Assembly (NCBI GenBank): GCA_010093995.1
Contig: ML992510.1
Span: 861,127 to 918,518, forward strand
Source of the DNA: Elsinoe ampelina
Taxonomy: Eukaryota
Direction: 5' to 3'
Length of the DNA: 57,392 nt
Both the position numbers and the translations under genes were made by a program. The notes under the pieces were generated by a model. The model was not told the origin of the DNA and made no database searches. It was given only the letters and a program-made list of their open reading frames with translations. Shown piece by piece: positions 47,101 to 57,392 of the stretch (positions are counted from its first letter, which is position 1; each line of letters starts with the position of its first letter).

Positions 47101-50100
47101 CTGGACCTCCACCGCCCTCGCCACCACCCTCGACATCCCCGCCACCCCACCCCCCTCCCCTCCCCGCACACACATCCTCCTCACCCTCCTCGCGCAAACC
47201 CTCCGCGACACCACCACCACCAAGCCCTCCCTCCGCAAGGCCTCGGTAATCTGGCTCCTCTGCCTGGTCCAATTCTGCGGGCACCTCCCACCAGTCCAAA
47301 CCCAACTCCCCTCCTGCCAACAAGCATTCAAACGCTGCCTCGTGGACCGCGACGACCTGGTCCAAGAAACGGCCTCGCGCGGCCTCGGCCTCGTCTACGA
47401 AAAAGGCACCCCCTCACTCCGCCAAGATCTCGTCCGCGACCTCATGTCCTCCTTCTCAGACAGCAAGTCGCGCACGGCGGCGAGCAACCTCGCGGGGTCA
47501 GTGGGGGACGAGACGCAGCTTTTCGAACCTGGCGCCCTGCCCACGGGCAGCGGGGAGAGCGTCTCCACCTACCGGGACATCATGAACCTGGCGAGCGAAG
47601 TGGGCGATTCGTCGCTGGTGTACCGCTTCATGAGCCTGGCGGCCAGCAACGCGGTGTGGTCGTCGCGGGCGGCGTTTGGACGGTTCGGGCTGACGGATGT
47701 GCTGGCCGGGAAGAACGGGAACGGGGTGGGGGATTACCTCGCGGAAAACCCGAGGGTGTTTGTCAGTCTGTACAGGTATAGGTTTGATCCGAACGAGGGT
47801 GTCAGGCGGTCGATGCAGGGGATTTGGAACTCGTTGGTGAAGGACGGCGGCAAGACGGTGGAGGCGCATTTCGAGGGCATCGTGGAGGATTTGCTGGGTA
47901 ACATCCTGGGCAAGGAGTGGCGCACGAGGCAGGCTTGTTGTGCTGCGCTGGCGGATCTGGTGCAGGGGAGGGGGTTGGAGAGGTATGAACCGTACTTGGA
48001 GAGGATTTGGGAGAGGTGTTTCCGCGTGCTGGATGATATCAAGGAGTCGGTCCGCGCTGCTGCGGCGGGGTTGGCGAGGACGTTGACGGGGATTTTGACG
48101 AGGACGTTGGAGGCGGATTCCTCTGCGGCTGCGGGGGGGAATGCAGGGAAGATGTTGAGGCATGTGTTGCCTTTTCTACTCAGTCCGTCGGGGATGGAAA
48201 GTGGTGCCAAGGAGGTGCAGGTGTTTGCTGTGAGCTCGCTGCTGGATATCGTGAAGAAGGCATCGGCCAGTGCACTCAGGGAGTTTATCCCGGAGTTGGT
48301 GGAGAGGTTGCTAGGTTTGATCGGGGGGATGGAACACGAAGCCGTCGAGTACATCCGGTTGAACGCGAAGAAATACGATGTCACAGAGCAGAAGATCGAT
48401 GACATGAGGCTTTCCTCTGTCAGGGCAAGTCCGGTGATGGAAGCGATCGAGCGCTGTCTGGACTTAGTGGACGAGGAGACCATGGGCAAACTTGCGCCAA
48501 GGATCGAGGGGGCGATGAAAAGTGCAATCGCTTTGCCCAGTAAGGTTGCATGTAGTCGAGTGCTGGTCACGCTGGCCACGAGAGGCAACTTTGTCTTCAA
48601 GCCGTGGGCAGATGGGTTCTGCAAGACACTGGAGAAGAGCGTGCTCGATCGTAACGATACCGTGGCGTCATCGTATGCGACTGCGATGGGGTACGTGGCT
48701 AGATTGGCCTCGGATGGACAAGTGCTGAGGGTGTTTGCTTTTGCGAGGAAGCTGTACTTTGAGAGCGAAGGGGATAGAGATGCAGCGGTGCCGAGGAGGG
48801 CAATGACGAGTGGAGATATCGTCAAAGCTGTGAGCAAGCATGCCACTGACCGGTTCAACGCGGTGGCTGCGGACGTGTTGCCGTTTGTCTTCGTGGCGAA
48901 GCATGATACTCACGAGACCGTAAAGGGACTATTCCGTGATGTCTGGGACGATCACGTGGGTGGCAGCAGGGCGGTATCACTATACCTTCGCGAGATCATC
49001 GATCTGGCAGGCGGGCAGTTGGATTCACCACAATGGGCGATCAAGCATACAGCTGCAAGAGCTGTCGCCGCTGCGGTCGTCGCCGTCTCCGGTCTAGGGA
49101 TTGATGAGACCACGGGCCAGACAGTGTGGGGTCCGTTGGAGAAAGCACTCGCGGCCAAAACATGGGACGGAAAGGAGGTGGTGTTGGAGGCATTGGTCAA
49201 GTTTGTGGAGACTGGCGACAAGTTTTGGGGAAGCAGAGACGACGTCAAGGCGACGATCACCAAGGTGAGTGATGTGCGTGATCTACGATGTGCCGGATCG
49301 TCGACGAAAGGAAGCTCGATAAATCGTGGCTGGATGCATCCGTGTCTAGTCTGGCCACGGTCCCGGCTGGAGGGTTCGCTTCGACTGTTGACCGAAATGT
49401 GGTGCCGACACGGCTACTTGATCCATGTGGATATCTTAGCACGTGGCTCTCATGCACAAGCTCGTGTGACGGGGGTCGCACATGGGCGGTACCTGCGGAA
49501 TGGAGGGGGACAAGCTCTGAGAAGCACGTGCTGACAATGGCCATGCAGGTGTCGATCCGGGAAGCAAAACGCCAAAATGCTGCCTACCGAAAACATGCAG
49601 TGCCGAGTTTGGGCAAAGTGGCATTGGCACGCAGGGATATTGATATGAGCGATACAGTCTACGAAGTTGTGCTGCCGATTCTGGAAGAGGCGCTCGATAA
49701 GATCAAGGACGACGCCGACGCCATGGACGTGGATGGGCAGGGTCCAGGAAAGTCGGATCTGTAAGTTGACTCATGGCTGCTCATTAATTGAGATTGAGTT
49801 GGGCCCACCTCGCTTGGGGAACGCTTGCTGACGACCGTGTGTTCGCAACAGTCACCAAGCCATTTTGACAGGGTGCATCAAAGCCATGACGGATTCAGTA
49901 ATTGCACCACCAGTAAAGGAGTTGGGGGCGGCGGGTGCATCGAAAATAGCACGGGTTCTTCGTTGCTTGAGAAAGGTACAAGGTGATGGTAACGTAAAGG
50001 CTGAGCTAGGAGCCGGTGTGGCGGGTGCGATCAAAGAGTCGGTTCTCAAGCTGGTGCCACTTGCGGAAGGCGTTGACGAGCCCACAGTGGCCAGCGAGAT

Positions 50101-50128
50101 TGCGGAGCTCCAACGGAGAATGGTGTAA
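44150..50128 (+). CDS. ECM29: Proteasome adaptor/scaffold (introns 49265-49548, 49761-49851)
   Basis: ELSLIGKVELRIALA...LKTYLAPLLLKLASPH, SLVYRFMSLA...WSSRAAFGRFG, LYRYRFDPN, WRTRQAC, LDDIKESVR, AKTWDGKE; HEAT-like, about 1870 aa. Confidence 0.92.
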
Positions 50129-52978
50129 CGGGTAGATTATGCAGCTGCTGACGGATCATGGAAGATGCACACCTCAATTCTACTCATCGAATTTTTAGGT
50201 GCAATAATAATTGCATGGTCCTGAGGTGTGGAGCGAAAGAGGAAAGTCGATTTGTCGAGGGATGCGCCAAGGGAGGTGGCCCCTCTTCCCGCCCCAGCAG
50301 TCCCGAGCCAGCCACGAGTCGAGGCAGGAGCATTGCCGTGTTCCCACGTGGCCGTCGCGTGGTGATGACGCCTTGGGGGATGCCCATCCATGCACAATGA
50401 CTTGATTTTGCTGCTGAACTGTAAATAGCCTCGAGCGCGCGCCGGCGTGGACGGTCGGTCGACGTGACCATGTTGGGCAGTCTCAGCGGCTGCACGATGT
50501 TGTAACGGGCAGCAACAATTCGCTCTTTCGACTGGGTTCCTGACACGAGTAGATCACGACCCACCCGGTCGACGTTGCGCTGTACTGAGGCGGTGTGTAT
50601 CACAATCATAGCACCTGCCTATGCTGTGAAGATGCCATGCGCTCCGTGCAAGCCACGGGAGAGGACAATCTGCTCACTCAACGCTGGCATGACCGGGTGA
50701 TTGGAGGCCTCGCGAGATTGAGTAGCAGGCCTCGAAAAGGGGTCTCGTGGGCAGCCAGTGATCATCGACAGGGATGATTCGTCTTTGCACCCCCAACGAC
50801 TGGGAAATAGATTTGACGCACGCAATTTTGGCGAGTCGTGCATAGGCGAGAAAGCCCATGAGTTGGCTTCTCCCTCGGTAGCTAGCAACTGCCGTGTGAG
50901 TGAGCAGTGGCAGCTGTGGAGCCGACTGCAGGGAGACAATCTGCCGGTGCATACGCCTTGGACGCTTTTGTGCAACCCCGTTCGTGGAAACGAACGAGTC
51001 CAGAGTGTGCTCGACGATGGTTGATACCAAAGAGCGGCTCGGTTGGAGGCCGCGATCGTCTGGTGGCCGTCGGTGGACCACTACGCTGGAATGCATCAGC
51101 CCTAAACCGTGCGACGACGTCTTTTCACCGCCGATCAGCGTTCGTCCCTTTGTTCGAGACCGTTTCTGACGACACAAGGAAGAAAGAAGCCGTGCGCAGA
51201 TCGCATTTTGTTCTTCAACCGTCTGCAACGAAGATGGTGTTCTATGCATGTGCTGTACTACCTTGCCCGAGCGATCAAACGTCGTCTCGTCAATTTCCCC
51301 GCTATTCACGTCGCTTGTAGGCCATCATTTAGCAGATTACGCGCGCGAGTGGACATTGGCCAGCAGACAGCAAATTAGTGTGTGTGTGTACGAGGTGTGA
51401 ATCGGGATCTTGCTCGTATGGGTTAGGGGTGACCTTTCTCAAGAGGATCGTGTGGCTGCCAGAAGTGATATCATCCCCCTGTGCTCTTGCACAGTATACA
51501 TGTCTCCGACGCCGCTCATTTACAAGCCGTCCCAAGGGGCCGGAACTGCCGAGTGTCGAGAGAGTCGAGGAGAATAGAAGATTGTTGTTTCCAACAATGG
51601 CCACGGAAAGGCTAAAGTTAGCTCGGATTATACCTCGGATTACTATCGAGAAGAGTTGTACAGTAGTCGACCGTTGATGCCCTGGATTTCCACGGCTCAC
51701 GGATGGTGCTTCCGCGCGCGCCACGAGTGTGTGAGAAGACGAACAGAGTTCGGCTGCCACGAGGTGTGTGGCCCCACCGGACGATGCCATGTCTTGTAAT
51801 CGTCGCGGTGGACATGTTTTGGCACGACGTCAGTTGCACAGATGTAGAGGAGATGAGATGGATGATGGGCGACACGTTGTCACATAGATGGAATTCGGAT
51901 CTTGCCAGGCATGACCAAATCCGCTCTCGTCACACCTGTCCCGACCATCTGTTGACTGATACAAAAGCGCCAAGCACATCCATGGCAAGTTCCTCTCACC
52001 AGACCAGCGGTGCTGCTGACGTCCAGAAAAAAGTCTGATGGTGTCGACGAGTACTGTACCACTTTGACAAGGTTTGCAGCTAATAAAGCGGTGGCCTCGC
52101 CCACGCAGCCACGCTCTGATCCGCCAACAATCATGGCCGCCGAAAAAGAAACAGAGACACGTCTTATTTTCGCTCAATAATAATCGCACGCCGGTGATCC
52201 CCCCTGCGCGATGACATGTCGTGCATTTTTCGAGAAGGCTGCCTCTTCGACGAGACCCACGCAGGCCGTTAGCTGACTAGTCTGGTACACTACGCAAGTA
52301 CCATGGCTACTGTAATGCTGGTGATCCGATCATCCCTCGTGCGTTGACGTTGCCCGACGACGTGCGCTGTATCTTTTGGCAGTGCTCAGTGCTTTCATCA
52401 GTCGGTGCTGTAAGGTACCTTGCGGTCCAGTCCTCCCCTCGCAGGCTCTCACACACCGGCCCGCCTCTTTCCTCATCTCAACTGATGACGCTAAACCGGC
52501 CTCCCAACCTTGATCGTGTCTTCTCGTTAGACTCGTTTCCTGCAGCGCCCGGGCGGTGCGCCATGCCATGCCTTCTGCTCTCCCATGTCCATGCCCCCGT
52601 TCCTGTTCTTCGGGACGGCACGTACAAAAACGTCAACATGGTCCATCACCAGGGCCTTCCTGTACCTGCTCCCGAAGCCCGTACCCGATTGTGAGCGCCT
52701 GTCTGCAAACTGCCCTCGCCGTCATTTCTTCGCTACTGTCTCGTTAAAGACTGGCCCCGTCGCCTCTCTCGCCCCAAAAGCCTCCAAAAGAGCCCGCGAG
52801 AACCGCCAGCCCGCCCCAATCGCCCTTCGTCGCTAAACTTTGCCCAAAAGTCCAAAAAACAACACCCGCTGCTGATCTAAACTCACAATTAGCCCACGCT
52901 TTTCACCTCGAACAATACAGACTTGGCAGGTCACATTTGATCTGCCCACTGTCAATTTCATATGTGGTCAAAGTACAA

Positions 52979-55404
52979 ATGCAGAGGCGTCGCTCCCAAC
53001 GATCAGATTCGGATACAAACCTTCCAGCCCTGGCACCGAGAGCTTCACAGTCTTCAGCCGGCCAGTCTTCGAGAGACTCGCGACAAGCTACTTCATCCCG
53101 CCCTCGTTCCTCACACCGGTCGAGGGCTGGTTGCTGGTGAGTAGTCATTCCGCGGAGATTCCTCCGGATCGACCATGGCCATTGGGCTGACCGTATTGCC
53201 TACAGGACATGTAGAACGAGAAAGGCAAATACTGCATTTGTCCGAGCCTTCTCCGCACTCACGCTGACGCTTCTACTACAGGTGAAATGTGATGAAGTAC
53301 ATCCAAGATGCGGAGTGAGTAGCCTTCTACCGCTTCACCGCTGCTTGTCCACAGACGCTGATCAATCCTCGCAGCCATGTACACGTCTCTCAAAAGACTG
53401 TGACTGGGAGCAGCGTTGGAAGTTTGACGACTCGACCCGCAGCACCCAGGAAAAGTTCAGCAATGTCAACACTTCGGGTAACGCCGTATGGGACCGTGAG
53501 TCTCCCCATCACTGTTTCACAACAGCCCAGTCGACTCGCAATTAGCTTTCCCATGTCGGACATGCCTCCTGACCTTTATAGCCGCTGTACCCCGAAGCGC
53601 TGGCCAACCCGAATCCCCGTCGGTTTCCAGACGGGACAGTCTACCCTCCTTTGGCGACCTCACCACCGACGAAGACCGCGAGAGAAAGGCCGAAACTCGC
53701 GCCCCCGGCACCTACAATGTCATCGTCAACCCCAACAGCTTCTCACGAATGCCAGAGTATGCCTCATCGACCGATCAGTCGAGGCGGACCAGTGTGCAGT
53801 CTGTCCAGAGCAGCTTCAGCAGTCAGGTGTCGGATGCAGGTCGACTCGTCCTACCCAACGATCCCAATACAGTTGTCCTCACACGCTTCGAGGATGCTGC
53901 AGCGTCACTGCCGAGCTTCCTCGCCGGCACTTCAGCGGACCGTCGACAGAGTCTTCCTGGACAATTTCAGAGACTAGACATATCCACGGCTAGTCCTGAG
54001 CGTACCATGCGAGCCCCTGCACCTATCGTACAAGACGCAGACAATGACGAACAACTCATTCGACATTATGAGCAATTCATCGCACCTCGAATACTACCGA
54101 CGTCCCCACACATCCATCAATACGGTCTTCAAGATCCCATAGTGCTAGAGTCGAGGAGATTTCTACCTGTATGTTGATGTATCACAAATACTCGGCTGCA
54201 CGCACTCACCATGCCTAGCTTCACCACGCGATATGCGCCATTACATTATTAAGCTTGCATTACCAAGGTATTGCTCGTTGGGAGGACGCGTTGGAACGCG
54301 AGGGGATAGCTACGCGATCGCTAGCGCGCAGCTTGCGTTCTGAAGAAGACTTGAATAGTGATGGAGTGCTCTATCTTCACTTCCTACTACTGGTGTACGA
54401 CATTTGCAATCCTCTAAACGACGAAAACATGTGGTACCAGCACATGCAGCAATTACGTCGAATAGGCGTGAATCGAAATCAGGCACTGGACACGAATACG
54501 GACATCTATTGGCAAGTAGTCGGATTCGCATTGTTGTTGGACATACAAGCAGCCTTTTCAGGAAGAGATACTAGAGGACTGGCAGCTGCACACGCAGCAG
54601 GAGAGCTGATGCCCGTATTACCACCTCCTATTGCGCCCATGCCACCATCGTCACCAATCCATCGACAGGAAGTTGAGATGATGGTGCCTCTAATCAACTT
54701 TGCGCGGGAGATCATGTTTGTCACCACACGATTAAGCCAGCTTTCTCTACGATCCAGAGAAGAATCGACAGATCCGGAACTTCGTCAACAAGCCATTGCC
54801 GCCAAACAGCAAGCCATTGGTCAATTTCAAACAGACCTGTGGGCTGCATGGAATCAGTTCTATCCCTCATTCCTTCCACGAGACGATCCGAGGGCGGGTC
54901 TCATGCTGTCTAACAGGCTGAGACAGCTTTTTGAAACTGTACGCTGATAAAAGTGCATGACTTCGGCACCCCTTTGCTAACACGGTTCAGGCCTATCTCT
55001 TCCATTGCATCAATATCATCTATTCCAGCACTAGCATGTTTCCCGGTCAAGCGTTTTCGAATCCATCCCTATCAGGAGAAGTCGCACGGCATTGCCGGCA
55101 TATTCTTGCACTGGCTCAGACAGTAGTGCAGACCGGACTTTGGGGACGACCGCCTCTCGTCTTTGCGGTATTCCTTGCCGGCGTGGCCACTCCAGAAGCC
55201 GAGATCAAGACTGCAGCGATTCATATCATTCAAGAATTCGAGCGAAATGCATTCAACAAGAACGTCCGGAAGGCGAGAGACCTGTTATTGATTGTATGCG
55301 AGGAGCAGAGACAGCGTATCATACACGGCGGAAGAGCTGAAGAGGTAGACTGGTTACAACTGGCGCGGTCACGGCAGATGGATATGGTAGACTTTGGTCT
55401 TTGA
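52979..55404 (+). CDS. Zn(II)2Cys6 transcription factor with a C-terminal fungal TF domain (about 7 exons)
   Basis: Splicing 53137-53205, 53225-53281 (GC-AG) and 53315-53374 yields RSRAGCWTCRTRKVKCDEVHPRCGPCTRLSKDCDW; later HFLLLVYDIC, VFAVFLAG, end VDWL...MVDFGL. Confidence 0.85.
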
Positions 55405-56094
55405 AAGAGTTCTTGCATACGCACTGATTGACGAGATATGGGCATGACTGCGTGTCGTCTTTTTGACGACATGTCAAAGTTTCACGATGAGCGACTTCCA
55501 CCAAAGCATAGCGAGGTTTGCAGATTTCTGGACAAGACCAGGCAAAATTTACGAGATCGATTTGAGCAATCCACCAAGGCGGATGTAGGCACATTGGCAG
55601 AAGCACGTACGAGGATGCTACGCATATCTGCATGCAACATGCAACAATACTATCCATTCCGTTCGTCTGAACCAAGCATGAGTCCAGCTTCGTAATCCGT
55701 TGGCCGAGGCAGTCTGTCGACCCCTGACCCTTCCCGCTCCCAAGACCACCACGATATCTGCCATACCGCACTGCGGCACAATCATGCTTGAAAGACGTAT
55801 ACAGACGGGTCACAAATGCCGATGCATCTACATCATGAGGCAGCCGTTCAGGCAGGAGAGACTAGGCATGACTCGACTGCGTGGCCGGGATCACCATTTC
55901 AACATCACAATTACTGTTTGCATGCAAAACAGACCGCTTTCGTCAACGTGAAAGATTCGTACAATTCTACTCAGCCTGCTGGTTCCCAAGATGCCGTCTC
56001 CGTGTCTTGCCACGAATGTAAATGCATCGCCTGCTGATGGGGAGGCTACCCACTCCATTTGTTCTGCCGTGGCTATAAAAAACAAACTCGGCAC

Positions 56095-56236
56095 TGTTGT
56101 AACTGGCAAATCGGATCGAGAGACGTGTGTTTTATTCAGAGAGTTACAATAACCAATTTATCTACTATGCGTACGCTGACTTATTAGTACTAGTTCTTTA
56201 GTACTAGAGAAGCTATACTAGCCTTCTATTATAACA
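56095..56236 (-). repeat. Putative 142-bp LTR
   Basis: Begins TGTTGTAA and ends TTATAACA (terminal inverted repeat with one CpA>TpA change); flanked directly by a minus-strand polypurine tract AGAGAGGGAG at 56237-56246. Confidence 0.65.
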
Positions 56237-57392
56237 CTCCCTCTCTAGTATAGATTATTAAAGCTAGAGAACTGTCCTATTATATGTAAGTAAAGTAATT
56301 AACTTATTACTTTATATCTTTATAATTGCTTATAATTGTTAGTGTTAGCTAATTATTAGTAAGAATTTACTATTAGTTTAGCTTATAATTGCTAGTAATA
56401 ATAGTAACTATTAATAATAGCTAGGTAGCTATTATTTATATAAATAGACTAGCTTATAAGTCTTAATTAAGGAGATATAAGTATCTAACTAGCCTCTTTA
56501 TAATCTTTCCTTTCTTTATTATACTTATAGTATTAGCCTTTTCTTTTATATAACACTTTTACCTTCTTACTATACTATATTAATAATACTTATAATATAA
56601 GCGCTATAGTATAGTAATAGCTAGGTATTAGTAGTATTACTACTAGTGCTAGTACTCTAAGTAGTCTACTAGGTAGCAGAGGTAGTAGTAAGAAGAGAAA
56701 TTCTCTATTAAGGTTACCTAGTACTTCTAATATTAATTATAATACTACTATAAGACTAATTACTTATCTTAATACTCTTAGTAAGTAGCTATAAAGCATT
56801 AATAGTATAAGCTAATATTAATAGCCTAATTAACTTAGACTTTAACTTAATAGTTAGCTAATATAATCTAGAATACTCTCCTTAGGCTTAGAATAATTAG
56901 TTATTATAACTATACTAACTTATATCCTATCTAGAGGTTTATAGTAGTCTAGGCCTTTAGTACCTATAGTATATATCTAGTAGTTACTAATCCTATTCTA
57001 GTTAAGGATCTAACTAAGTAAGTTAATCTTACTAGATCTACTAACTACTCTAGTAGAGTAGTCTACTATAGCACTAATTACTATACTAAGTATTAGGGAT
57101 CTAACCCTAGTAATAATTAAAGTAAGAGCAGGGGTAGTAAGTTTAGTAAGTATATTACTTTACCTAGTTAGCTTAATAAAACCTATACTTACTATACTTA
57201 TAGTAACTAATATACTAGATATTCCTTAGCTAACTATACTCTAACTCTAAGGCCTATTAGCTCTTCTAAACCTATAAGGACTCTAAGTAGCTTAAGAGTT
57301 ATTACCTAGCCTATTCTATATAGCCTAATATACCTACTAATAGAGCTTCTAAGGTCTATCTCTTTTAGTAGTACTTTGCCTTAGAGGTTCTT
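56095..57392 (-). mobile_element. RIP-degraded LTR retrotransposon (3' end; continues beyond the window)
   Basis: Abrupt shift to AT-rich DNA full of TpA (TAG/CTA/TAA) and nearly lacking CpA/TpG; no ORFs; PPT plus LTR at the left edge. Confidence 0.8.

Noticed and set aside
6165..48858. Long antisense ORFs (6165-7022, 12093-13208, 16860-17663, 22936-23814, 35070-35978, 47734-48858)
   Set aside because: Shadows of real genes in C/G-skewed, stop-poor segments; low-complexity translations
50130..52970. Many overlapping short ORFs in a 2.8-kb gap
   Set aside because: No domain similarity; more consistent with the long upstream regulatory region of the Zn2Cys6 TF

Overview
Gene-dense nuclear DNA of a filamentous ascomycete (Pezizomycotina; inferred from short ~45-60 nt GT-AG introns with CTRAC/CTRAT branch sites and a RIP-mutated element). 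About 23 protein-coding loci were read by hand-splicing. Housekeeping and conserved genes: DnaJ protein, EMC2, AP-3 delta, condensin BRN1, a Na/Ca exchanger, a LYAR protein, ERV2, PEX1, ERD1, ADE8, ECM29 and a Zn2Cys6 TF. There is a six-gene putative catabolic cluster (C2H2 TF, Zn-ADH, two beta-hydroxyacid dehydrogenases, a CMD/AhpD-like protein, an MFS transporter), a truncated CadD-like gene, a frameshifted PNP_UDP-ankyrin gene, and a RIP-degraded LTR retrotransposon at the right end. The main finding is a tRNA-Lys(UUU) gene at 19799-19952 with two interruptions: a normal 37/38 tRNA intron and a 52-nt D-loop insert with the marks of a spliceosomal GT-AG intron. Exact removal of that insert restores a canonical D-loop and the A15:U48 Levitt pair. 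Recurrent C-rich to G-rich skew switches that ignore gene orientation are also visible. All calls are from reading the sequence and recognising motifs; no database searches were run.
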